From: an uncultured Opitutus sp.
Lineage (GTDB): Bacteria > Verrucomicrobiota > Verrucomicrobiia > Opitutales > Opitutaceae
Reading direction: 5' to 3'
Assembly: GCA_965652375.1 (NCBI GenBank)
Contig: CBFGUO010000018.1
Span: 29,343 to 93,342 of the forward strand
DNA length: 64,000 nucleotides
Made by a program: the position numbers and the translations under genes. How positions within the stretch are numbered: position 1 is the first letter of the stretch; every line of letters begins with the position of its first letter. This document shows positions 7,778 to 14,931 of the stretch, one piece after another. The notes under the pieces are model-generated. The model was not told the origin of the DNA, did no database searches, and saw nothing but the letters and a program-made list of their open reading frames with translations.

Positions 7778-9532
7778 CTACTTCTTACTGCTGGAAGAGC
7801 TGTAAGTGAACGTCGGAATCGAGGCGAGTTGCTGCGACATCAGCTGGATCTCGGACTGGGCGCGTTCCATGGCGATGAAGCTCGCCTCGAGTACTTCGCG
7901 GCGCTGGGTGAGGCGGCGTTCGGCGTCGGCGATCTGTTGATCGATGGACTTGTTGGAGTCGGTGAGGGCCGTTTGCTGGGATTCCAGGTAACCGCCGCTG
8001 CCGTCGTCACCGATGTAATTGGTGAGCACGGCATCGAAGCGGGCGAAGAAGCCGGTGTCGGCGGTGGTGAAGAATTCGGCGACATCCTCGGCGTTGTTGT
8101 TCAACGCATCGTCGAGTTTGGCGCTGTTGGTGATGGAGAGGGTACTGAACTCGGAGGAGAAATCGATGCCGAGATTCTCGAGGCGGGAAATGGTGCCGGA
8201 GAGGCCGCCGACTTCTGCGAAAACATTGGCGCGCAGCTGCCGGCCCCAGTCCTGCACCTCGCGGTTGGAGGAGAGGGTGGAGGTGGCGACGCCGCTGGAG
8301 CTGGTGGTGATCTTGGTGGCGTCGTCGATGTAGCTCTGGACCGCGTTGTATTTGGTGATGAAGGTGTTGATGGCGTCCTTCATCGCGGCGGTGTCGGCCG
8401 AGACGGTGATGTCCTGGGAGGCGACGGAATTGACGGTGAGGTCGAGCCCGGTGATACCGTGGACGTCGGCGGAAAGGGTGTTGCTGGTGCTGGTGAGGGT
8501 GCTGCCGCCGTCGACGGTGAACTCAGCGTTGACGCCGCGCTGGAGGCTGGCGCCGGCACCGGTGGTGAGGCCGAGGGCGGCGAGCAGGCCGCCGGCCGAT
8601 TCGCTGACGCCCAGGCCGATGTCGCCGGTCTTCGTATTGGTGAGCGTCATACGATCGGCGGCGGCGTCGTAGGCGGCGGTGACGCCGGCGCCGGCGGCGT
8701 TGATGCGGCTGATGATGTCGTCGATCGAGTCGTCGTTGACGTTGTAGTCGATCGAGACGCCGTTGATGGCGAAGCTGCCGTTGCCGGAGCCGTCGACTGC
8801 GGTGATGGCGGTCTTGAGGCGGGCGTCGACGAGGGCGGCGTTGCGGTCGGCGGTGCCGAGGCCCGTGGCGGAGGTGACGGTGCCGGTGCCGTTGTTGGCG
8901 AGTTTGGCGACCGTGAGGAAGTTGGAGGTGTCGTTGGCGGCGCCGAGCACGATCTCCGAGCCGCTGGAGAGTGAGATGGTGTCGGTGACGTTGTCGTAGG
9001 CGGCGGTGACGTTGCCGCCGGTGGCGGTGGAGATGGCGTCGAAGACGTCCTGCAGGGAGTCGGCGGTATCGACGGTGACTTGGGCGCCGTTGACGGTGAA
9101 GGTGCCGGCCGTGACGGCGGTGGCGGTGGGCAGGGCCGACAGAGTGACGCCGGAGACATCGGAACTGGTGGCGATGCCCTCGGCGACATCGGCGGCGCCG
9201 CGCTGGGAGGCGGCGGTCGCGAGGCGGGTGACGTTGAAGGTGTGGGTGCCGGTGCTGGCGCCGGCGGAGACCGACGGGCTCCAGGTGGAGGCGGTGGTCG
9301 AGGAGGAGGCCTTGCGGCCCGCGAAAAGATCGGCGTCGTCGAGGGCGTTGTTGGCGGTCTGCAGGGCCTTGAGGCGGGTGCCCAGTTCGGTGAGGGCGCT
9401 GTTTTTGCGGAGGTTGACGACCTGCTCGGTCTCCAGGCGCTGGATGGGCACGCGCTCGAGCGACATGAGGGTATCGACGAGGGATTTCCAGTCGAAGCCC
9501 GAAGCGAGTCCTGCAAGTTGTAGTCCGGCCAT
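7778..9532 (-). CDS. fliD: Flagellar filament cap protein FliD (hook-associated protein 2)
   Basis: MAGLQLAGLASGFDWKSLVDTLMSLERVPIQRLE... N-terminus and a C-terminal ...SIDQQIADAERRLTQRREVLEASFIAMERAQSEIQ. The ORF-track start at 9631 is trimmed to the ATG at 9532. Confidence 0.9.
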   Translation of the reverse strand: MAGLQLAGLASGFDWKSLVDTLMSLERVPIQRLETEQVVNLRKNSALTELGTRLKALQTANNALDDADLFAGRKASSSTTASTWSPSVSAGASTGTHTFNVTRLATAASQRGAADVAEGIATSSDVSGVTLSALPTATAVTAGTFTVNGAQVTVDTADSLQDVFDAISTATGGNVTAAYDNVTDTISLSSGSEIVLGAANDTSNFLTVAKLANNGTGTVTSATGLGTADRNAALVDARLKTAITAVDGSGNGSFAINGVSIDYNVNDDSIDDIISRINAAGAGVTAAYDAAADRMTLTNTKTGDIGLGVSESAGGLLAALGLTTGAGASLQRGVNAEFTVDGGSTLTSTSNTLSADVHGITGLDLTVNSVASQDITVSADTAAMKDAINTFITKYNAVQSYIDDATKITTSSSGVATSTLSSNREVQDWGRQLRANVFAEVGGLSGTISRLENLGIDFSSEFSTLSITNSAKLDDALNNNAEDVAEFFTTADTGFFARFDAVLTNYIGDDGSGGYLESQQTALTDSNKSIDQQIADAERRLTQRREVLEASFIAMERAQSEIQLMSQQLASIPTFTYSSSSSKK

Positions 9533-9555
9533 GGTGTAATGAAGATGTAGGTGCG

Positions 9556-9582
9556 CAATCGGCGCGGGGGGCGGAAACTTGA
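9556..9582 (-). promoter_or_regulatory. sigma-28 promoter for fliD
   Basis: Reverse strand reads TCAAGTTT-ccgccccccgc-GCCGATTG (7/8 and 6/8, N11). The -10 ends 24 nt upstream of the fliD ATG. Confidence 0.65.
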
Positions 9583-9641
9583 GGGGATTCGGGCAAAAAG
9601 CCGCCGGCCGAAGTTTTTCACACAAAGGCAAAATTCCGCGC

Positions 9642-9669
9642 TAAAGCCGCGCTTCAGCCGTCCCGTAAA
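9642..9669 (+). promoter_or_regulatory. Possible sigma-28 promoter for flagellin 1
   Basis: TAAAGCCG-N11/12-(T)CCCGTAAA. The -35 is good but the -10 matches only 5/8. It would give a ~90-nt leader. Confidence 0.35.
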
Positions 9670-9732
9670 CAAGGGCAAGCCCAGCAGTCGCCGGGCCCGA
9701 AGTGACCGGACTTCCCCCTCATCCGGTCCGTC

Positions 9733-9761
9733 GCCCTACGGACAGGGCAACTCATCAAGGA
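9733..9761 (+). promoter_or_regulatory. Flagellin-1 leader: hairpin with ACGGA loop plus AAGGA Shine-Dalgarno (CsrA-type bipartite site)
   Basis: GCCCT-acggac-AGGGC (9733-9748), then catcAAGGAag (9757-9761), 8 nt before the ATG. The GGA-to-GGA spacing is 19 nt. Confidence 0.35.
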
Positions 9762-9768
9762 AGATACC

Positions 9769-10584
9769 ATGTCAGTCGTCATTAACACCAACTCCGCGGC
9801 GTCGGTTGCGTCCAACAACCTTGCCGCTTCGAACAGCATGCTGCAAAAGAGCCTCAACCGGCTCTCCAGTGGCTCCAAGATCGTCTCCCCGGCCGATGAC
9901 GCCGGCGGCCTCGCCGTTTCCATGAAACTTTCGGCAGCCGCCCGTCGCTCGGGTGCGGCAGCGATCAACATCAGCAACACCGTTTCGTTCCTGCAAACGC
10001 AGGACGGCGTGCTCAAGGTTGCCGGCAAGGTCCTCGAACGTATGGGCGAACTGAAGACGCTCTACTCCGATCCGACCAAGAACAGCTCCGACCTGGCCAA
10101 CTACGACAAGGAGTTCACCGCTCTGCAGTCGCAGCTTACGGCCCTCACCAGTGAGAAGTTCAACGGCAACAACCTCTTCGGCACCACGGCCCTGTCCGTG
10201 GCGGTCTCGGAGGACGGCACCAACACCACCTCGATCGCGGCCCGCGACCTGTCGAGCACCTCGGCCGGTGTCGGCGTCCTCGTCGCCTCCTCGGTGACCG
10301 ATCTGGGTGACGTCACGCTGTCCAACATCACGACCGCGCTGCAAAACGTGTCGACCTTCCGCGCCGAAAACGGAGCGGAGCAAAGCCGACTCGGATTTGC
10401 CCAGGAGTTGCTGACCGTCAACAAGGCCAACCTCGAGGCCGCCTCCTCCCGCATCGTCGACGTGGACGTCGCGGAAGAGTCGACCCAATTGGCACGATGG
10501 AACACCCTCGTGCAGGCAGGCACCGCCATGCTCACCCAGGCCAACCAGAGCGCTCAGACGGCGCTCAAGTTGCTCAACGGGTAA
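9769..10584 (+). CDS. fliC: Flagellin (short, 271 aa)
   Basis: N-terminal VINTNSAASVASNNLAASNSMLQKSLNRLSSGSKI and C-terminal AEESTQLARWNTLVQAGTAMLTQANQSAQTALKLL flagellin D0/D1 signatures. The central segment is Ser/Thr-rich. Confidence 0.95.
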   Translation: MSVVINTNSAASVASNNLAASNSMLQKSLNRLSSGSKIVSPADDAGGLAVSMKLSAAARRSGAAAINISNTVSFLQTQDGVLKVAGKVLERMGELKTLYSDPTKNSSDLANYDKEFTALQSQLTALTSEKFNGNNLFGTTALSVAVSEDGTNTTSIAARDLSSTSAGVGVLVASSVTDLGDVTLSNITTALQNVSTFRAENGAEQSRLGFAQELLTVNKANLEAASSRIVDVDVAEESTQLARWNTLVQAGTAMLTQANQSAQTALKLLNG

Positions 10585-10610
10585 GCGTAGCGCCTCCCTG
10601 ATACTGCCCT

Positions 10611-10633
10611 GAACCGGCTCTCCATTCCGGTTC
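10611..10633 (+). terminator. Hairpin downstream of flagellin 1
   Basis: GAACCGG-ctctccatt-CCGGTTC, starting 27 nt after the stop. No U-tract follows. Confidence 0.35.
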
Positions 10634-10637
10634 ACGT

Positions 10638-10677
10638 CCCGCGGGCCATCGTCGATTGGTCCCGACCGGCCCGCGGG
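10638..10677 (+). other. 10-bp GC stem presenting the conserved loop motif ATCGTCGATTGGTCCCG
   Basis: CCCGCGGGCC - 20-nt loop - GGCCCGCGGG. The loop shares 16/17 nt with the loop at 12297-12313. It also reads as a weak sigma-28 promoter (TCACGTCC-N11-GTCGATTG). Confidence 0.4.
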
Positions 10678-10742
10678 GCAGGCCCCCTCCATCGTTCCTT
10701 GGCTTTCCACTAGCAGCCAGCTCCCCCTCGCAGGGTGACATT

Positions 10743-10760
10743 TTGATGCAAATGCATCAA
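10743..10760. promoter_or_regulatory. AT-rich perfect dyad TTGATGCA-aa-TGCATCAA upstream of flagellin 2
   Basis: 8-bp arms with a 2-bp spacer, 77 nt upstream of the ATG at 10837. It stands out from the GC-rich surroundings. There is no equivalent upstream of flagellin 1. Confidence 0.5.
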
Positions 10761-10796
10761 TCGGTGCGGCCCGCGCCGTTCTCCAACGGGCCCGTG

Positions 10797-10825
10797 GCGA
10801 CGACGGACGTCGCATACATCAAGGA
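10797..10825 (+). promoter_or_regulatory. Flagellin-2 leader: hairpin with ACGGA loop plus AAGGA Shine-Dalgarno (CsrA-type bipartite site)
   Basis: GCGACG-acgga-CGTCGC (10797-10813), then catcAAGGAaag (10821-10825). The GGA-to-GGA spacing is 18 nt. The architecture matches the flagellin-1 leader, but the stem sequence differs. Confidence 0.35.
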
Positions 10826-10836
10826 AAGATAATACC

Positions 10837-11652
10837 ATGGCAGTGGTAATTAACACCAACACCGCGGCGTCGATGGCAGCCAACAACCTCGCCGCGTCCA
10901 ACTCGATGCTGCAAAAGAGCCTCAACCGGCTCTCCAGCGGTTCGAAAATCGTCAACCCTTCTGATGACGCCGGTGGTCTCGCCGTGTCGATGAAGCTCTC
11001 CGCCGCCGCGAAACGTTCCGGCGCCGTGCAGACCAACATCGGTAACGCCGTTTCCTTCCTGCAGACTCAGGATGGAGCCCTCAAAGTGGCTGGCAAGGTC
11101 CTGGATCGTATGTCCGAGCTCAAGACGCTCTACAGCGATCCGACCAAGAACAGCTCCGACCTCGCCAACTACGACAAGGAGTTCACCGCTCTGCAGACCC
11201 AGTTGACTGCGGTTGCCGGTGAGAAGTTCAACAGCGTCAGCCTCTTCGGCTCCAGCTCTTTGACCGTCAACACGACCGAAGATCAGACCTCCGCCTCCGT
11301 GTCGTTGGCCGGCCGTGATCTCACCAGCACCTCCACGGGTGTGGGCGCCCTCACCGCTTCGTCGGTGACCGACCTCGGTGACATCGCCCTGTCCGACATC
11401 ACGACCGCCATCCAGAACGTCGCCACTTTCCGTGCGGCCAATGGTGCGGAGCAAAGCCGTCTCGGTTTCGCCAACGAGCTCGTCTCGGTCAACAAGGCCA
11501 ACCTCGAAGCCGCTACCAGCCGCATCACCGATGTGGACGTGGCCGAAGAGTCGACGCAACTCGCGCGATACAACACCCTGGTCCAGGCCGGCACCGCGAT
11601 GCTCTCGCAGGCCAACGGCTCGGCCCAGACGGCCCTCCGCCTCCTCGGTTAA
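10837..11652 (+). CDS. fliC: Flagellin paralogue (271 aa)
   Basis: Same length as flagellin 1 and near-identical termini. Divergence is concentrated in the central Ser/Thr-rich segment. Confidence 0.95.
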   Translation: MAVVINTNTAASMAANNLAASNSMLQKSLNRLSSGSKIVNPSDDAGGLAVSMKLSAAAKRSGAVQTNIGNAVSFLQTQDGALKVAGKVLDRMSELKTLYSDPTKNSSDLANYDKEFTALQTQLTAVAGEKFNSVSLFGSSSLTVNTTEDQTSASVSLAGRDLTSTSTGVGALTASSVTDLGDIALSDITTAIQNVATFRAANGAEQSRLGFANELVSVNKANLEAATSRITDVDVAEESTQLARYNTLVQAGTAMLSQANGSAQTALRLLG

Positions 11653-11706
11653 TCGAGGCAGGTTTCCTAAGTAATGACGTATTGATTCGGTTCCTTCCAA
11701 AGCTAC

Positions 11707-11734
11707 CCCCACGCGGTCTGGACGCCGCGTGGGG
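11707..11734 (+). terminator. Hairpin downstream of flagellin 2
   Basis: CCCCACGCGG-tctggacg-CCGCGTGGGG, a 10-bp stem. Confidence 0.45.
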
Positions 11735-11822
11735 GGATGCTTGGGTGAGCTCCCGGAAAAGAAAGAGCACTGAACGATTTTCCCTCGCTGCCCGCCTCCA
11801 ACGGGACGCATCGGTAAAGAAT

Positions 11823-11864
11823 CAAAACGCGCGTTTGCCGCCCTGTCGGCGAGCGCGCGTTTTG
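11823..11864. terminator. Bidirectional intrinsic-terminator-like hairpin
   Basis: CAAAACGCGCG-ttt-GCCG-ccctgt-CGGC-gag-CGCGCGTTTTG. An 11-bp outer stem is flanked by A-run and T-run. Confidence 0.5.
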
Positions 11865-11874
11865 GCGTACATAC

Positions 11875-11930
11875 GGGACGCGGGACGAGGGGCGAGGGAC
11901 GAGGGGTGAGGGAGACGGGGTGAGGGAGGG
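11875..11930. repeat. G-rich heptamer tandem array, 8 units
   Basis: Reads gggacgc gggacga ggggcga gggacga ggggtga gggagac ggggtga gggaggg. Confidence 0.75.
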
Positions 11931-11938
11931 CGGACGTC

Positions 11939-12045
11939 GGCACGCCCAAGGCGTGCAAGCCTCCGGACGGCGTCGTTTCATCCGGCTTGGTGCATGGGTG
12001 GACTGCGGCACGTCGAAGGCGTGCAATGCAAGCGTCCGGTTGCGG
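11939..12045. repeat. Imperfect direct repeat (~35 nt, two copies 68 nt apart), each with an internal hairpin
   Basis: ggcacgcccaaggcgtgcaagcctccggacggc (11939-11971) versus ggcacgtcgaaggcgtgcaatgcaagcgtccggttgcgg (12007-12045). GCACGCC-caa-GGCGTGC forms a hairpin in copy 1. Confidence 0.55.
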
Positions 12046-12234
12046 TGGAGTGGCGGAGGACGGAGCTCCTGCTCCGTTGGGCGTTGGGCGGGTGACATCA
12101 CCGAGCCACTGAGATCACCGCGTCGGCAAGTTCTGCCGCATCCCGAATTGGGCGGACGCGCACGTTCAACCGCGCATTACGAGCGAACGCTTATGTGGTT
12201 TGTCCCGAAGGTGATGTGCGTCTCAACCGAATCT

Positions 12235-12250
12235 TGGCACGCGGCAAGCA
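12235..12250 (+). promoter_or_regulatory. Weak sigma-54-like -24/-12 element
   Basis: TGGCAC-gcggc-AAGCA has correct GG-N10-GC geometry, but the -12 box is AAGCA rather than TTGCA. It lies ~220 nt upstream of the 12467 gene. Confidence 0.25.
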
Positions 12251-12293
12251 ACCACAGGAAGCGTGACGTGAAGCACCGTTCACTCAGCACCGC

Positions 12294-12321
12294 GTGATCG
12301 CCGATTGGTCCCGGAGATCAC
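12294..12321 (+). other. Hairpin presenting the same loop motif as 10638-10677
   Basis: GTGATC - gccgattggtcccgga - GATCAC. It also reads as a sigma-28-like -10 (GCCGATTG, identical to the fliD -10) with a poor -35. Confidence 0.35.
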
Positions 12322-12380
12322 CCCTGCCGCGAGCCTCCTCGCGGCGGGAGCTGGGAGGTGAGTCACCCGCTTGGCCGTCC

Positions 12381-12463
12381 GCCTTCACTCCCGCCTGTCC
12401 CGCTTCCCCGTTCCTTTCACTTCCCCTGCTCCCTGCTCCTTCCACCTTCCCTCCTTCTCACTC
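12381..12463. repeat. G-poor C/T-rich tract with heptamer duplications, running up to the start codon of the 12467 gene
   Basis: Reads ...cacttcc cctgctc cctgctc cttccac cttccct ccttctc actcaaaATG. In composition it is the complement of the G-rich array at 11875-11930. Confidence 0.55.
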
Positions 12464-12466
12464 AAA

Positions 12467-13366
12467 ATGAACCTTCTTCTTACCGGCGGCTGCGGCTACA
12501 TCGGCTCGGCCTTCACTCAGACTCTCCTCGCTCTCGGGCACGAAGTGACGGTCATCGATGCCGGCTGGCACGGCTGCAACCTGCCGCCGCACCCTTACCT
12601 GACCCTGCAGCTGGTCGAGTTGCATCGCGCGCCGTCCCTTGATCTCACCGGCTTCGATGCGATCGTTCACCTGGCGGGGATCACCGATGCGGAAACCGCC
12701 TCGAGCAACGTCGACCTGGTTTGGGAGACCCAGGTCGGAGTCACGGCGATGCTGGTCGAACAAGCCATCAATGCCGGCGTGCCGCATTTCATCCATTGCA
12801 GTCCGGCGGCTTTGGGTGGTGAGCACGGGCGGGCGATCGCCCACGCCGAACGTCTGCTGTTGGGCTATCGCGACGAGCTCCGGGTCGACATCGTGCGTCC
12901 CGGTTACGTGTGTGGCGTGTCGCCCCGCATGCGCCTGGATCTTCCGCTCAATCTTTATGCGATGCAGGCGCTCACGCGCGGCCGCATCACGGTCGACGGG
13001 GCCACGGTGACCGCGCCGCACACTCACCTGCGGGATCTCATCCGGCTGTTCACGACGCTGCTCGAGCGCAGTTCGCTCCCGGCTGGGGTGCACGACGCCG
13101 GCTTCGAGACCTGCACGCACCTGGACCTCGCCCTGCGCGTCGCCGCCCAGATCCCGGCCGACATCGAACTTGCCGCCGATGCGACGGCGTATCCATTCAG
13201 CTCCGACAACGACAGCGACGTTCTCACCGGCCACGGTTTCCTGCCCACCTACACCCTTGATGACGCCATCTGGGAAATCGCCGCCGAATACCGCATGGGC
13301 CGCCTGCGCGACGAAGAGCGCTACTACAACGCCGGCGCCACCCGCGACCTCTTGCACGCAGCGTAG
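12467..13366 (+). CDS. Atypical extended-SDR (NAD-dependent epimerase/dehydratase fold) lacking the catalytic Tyr-x3-Lys
   Basis: MNLLLTGGCGYIGSAF Rossmann motif. The 299-aa sequence contains no lysine at all, so it has no YxxxK. The ORF-track start at 12371 is trimmed to the ATG at 12467. Confidence 0.7.
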   Translation: MNLLLTGGCGYIGSAFTQTLLALGHEVTVIDAGWHGCNLPPHPYLTLQLVELHRAPSLDLTGFDAIVHLAGITDAETASSNVDLVWETQVGVTAMLVEQAINAGVPHFIHCSPAALGGEHGRAIAHAERLLLGYRDELRVDIVRPGYVCGVSPRMRLDLPLNLYAMQALTRGRITVDGATVTAPHTHLRDLIRLFTTLLERSSLPAGVHDAGFETCTHLDLALRVAAQIPADIELAADATAYPFSSDNDSDVLTGHGFLPTYTLDDAIWEIAAEYRMGRLRDEERYYNAGATRDLLHAA

Positions 13367-13392
13367 GCGGTGTGTTGCCCGTGGCGCGGGCC

Positions 13393-14904
13393 TCAGGCCA
13401 CGGACGGCACCCTTTGCTCGATCGTCGGGGGTGGCGTCGGTTGAATGAAGGTGACCGGATCGACACCGATGCGCTCCGCGACCTGGGCGGCGTTGGCCAG
13501 CAGCTGACGCGAATTGACAGGATCAATGGTGCGCAGGTCGTGGCCGACCTGGGTCATGCCATCGCAGTAGATCCAGGCATCGTCCGCGTCCTTGGCTGCC
13601 TTGGCCGCCTCCACCAGAATTTGCACCGCCAGGATTTTGCGTCCTTGGCGAATCAATGCCTGCGCCTTGGCTCTCATTTTTTGTCGTTCCAGGTGTGCTG
13701 CGACAAACTCCGGATTGGGTGCCTTGTCGGGCGACCAGGCGGCCATGATCTGGGTCAGCGTTTGGGTGCGCTGGCGGGCGATCGTCGCCTTGTCGGGCGC
13801 ATCGCGCAGCCACTGTTTCAAATCTTCCCATAGCACGGGCCCAATAGCGTCGATATGATACCGTTCATCGACCAATGCCGCGGCGCGCATACCGATGGCT
13901 TGTGCCCCTTCCGGATCCTGCATGAGGTCGTACGTTTCACGGGCCAGCGCGGCGGTGTCGAGGTAGGGGACGACGCGTCCGCCGCCCAATTCGCAGAATT
14001 CCGGTCCGCCCCCGGCGCGGTCAAAGCAGAGCACGGGCAGCGTCAGCGCGGCGGCCTCGAGCATGGCGAGGGGGAAAGGATCCTCCCGCGATGTCATCCA
14101 GAACACGTTACCGAGCGACAGCAGGGCGTGGGGATCCGCCAACTCGCCAGCGAAGATCAAAGCGTCGCCCAGGCCGAGTTTCTCGGCGTCGCTGCGCAAG
14201 GTGAAGCGCATGCCGGCGTCCTTGCCCCCGCCGATCCACACGAAGCGGATGTCGCGGTCGGCGCCGGCGAGTTCCCTGAGTTGCTGCGCGGCGCGCGCAA
14301 ATACATCCACGCCCTTGCGCAGGTCGATCGTACCGCAGCCTATCACGATGAAGGCCTCGGCAGGCAACTGGAAGCGAGTGCGCAGGCCTGCCTCATCGCG
14401 AGCCACCGCTCGGCGACGAGCAAGGGTGGCGTCGATCATCTCGTAGTGCACGGCGATGCGCTCGACGGGGACATCAAACCGATGACTGAAGCTGCGGGCG
14501 ACCGCCCGGGCGCACGCGACAAACCGGGTGGTGTGCCGCAGCATGCGGGCGATGCGATGGGCACCGGTCCACTGATAGCCGCAGTCCAGTTCGTGGAGGT
14601 GCGTTACAACCGGCACGTCACCGATGCCGATCGAGTCGATGATCTCACCGCACAGGCAAGTGTTGGCGTAGATCAGGTCGTAGTGCGCCAGCGCGTTGGA
14701 ATGAGTGCGTAGTTCGGACCGATGCAGCACCCGGCCGGTCTCGGCGAAGTCGGCTTCGAGTGGTCCGCCTTTGCCCAGAAGAATCTCAAACTCGATCTCC
14801 ACCTGCGCTGTCCGCAGCCACCGCAGAAAATGCAGCAGGAACATGGGCGCTCCCGTGCGCGTGGCCTCGTGGGAAATAAAAAGGAGGCGCGGTCGCTGGG
14901 GCAT
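13393..14904 (-). CDS. GT4-family (GT-B) glycosyltransferase with a ~120-aa helical C-terminal extension
   Basis: RLLFISHEATRTGAP... and SREDPFPLAMLEAAALTLPVLCF GT4-type signature. The C-terminal segment RAKAQALIRQGRKILAVQILVEAAKAA...DLRTIDP is shared with the 15889-17079 product. Confidence 0.8.
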   Translation of the reverse strand: MPQRPRLLFISHEATRTGAPMFLLHFLRWLRTAQVEIEFEILLGKGGPLEADFAETGRVLHRSELRTHSNALAHYDLIYANTCLCGEIIDSIGIGDVPVVTHLHELDCGYQWTGAHRIARMLRHTTRFVACARAVARSFSHRFDVPVERIAVHYEMIDATLARRRAVARDEAGLRTRFQLPAEAFIVIGCGTIDLRKGVDVFARAAQQLRELAGADRDIRFVWIGGGKDAGMRFTLRSDAEKLGLGDALIFAGELADPHALLSLGNVFWMTSREDPFPLAMLEAAALTLPVLCFDRAGGGPEFCELGGGRVVPYLDTAALARETYDLMQDPEGAQAIGMRAAALVDERYHIDAIGPVLWEDLKQWLRDAPDKATIARQRTQTLTQIMAAWSPDKAPNPEFVAAHLERQKMRAKAQALIRQGRKILAVQILVEAAKAAKDADDAWIYCDGMTQVGHDLRTIDPVNSRQLLANAAQVAERIGVDPVTFIQPTPPPTIEQRVPSVA

Positions 14905-14931
14905 CGTTTGTGGTCGGGTTGAATGCTTCGG

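Noticed and set aside
11682-12297. Small ORFs in the gene-less gap (75, 125 and 132 aa).
   Set aside because: They are Arg/Gly/Cys-rich with no motifs. They are built across the heptamer and direct-repeat elements.
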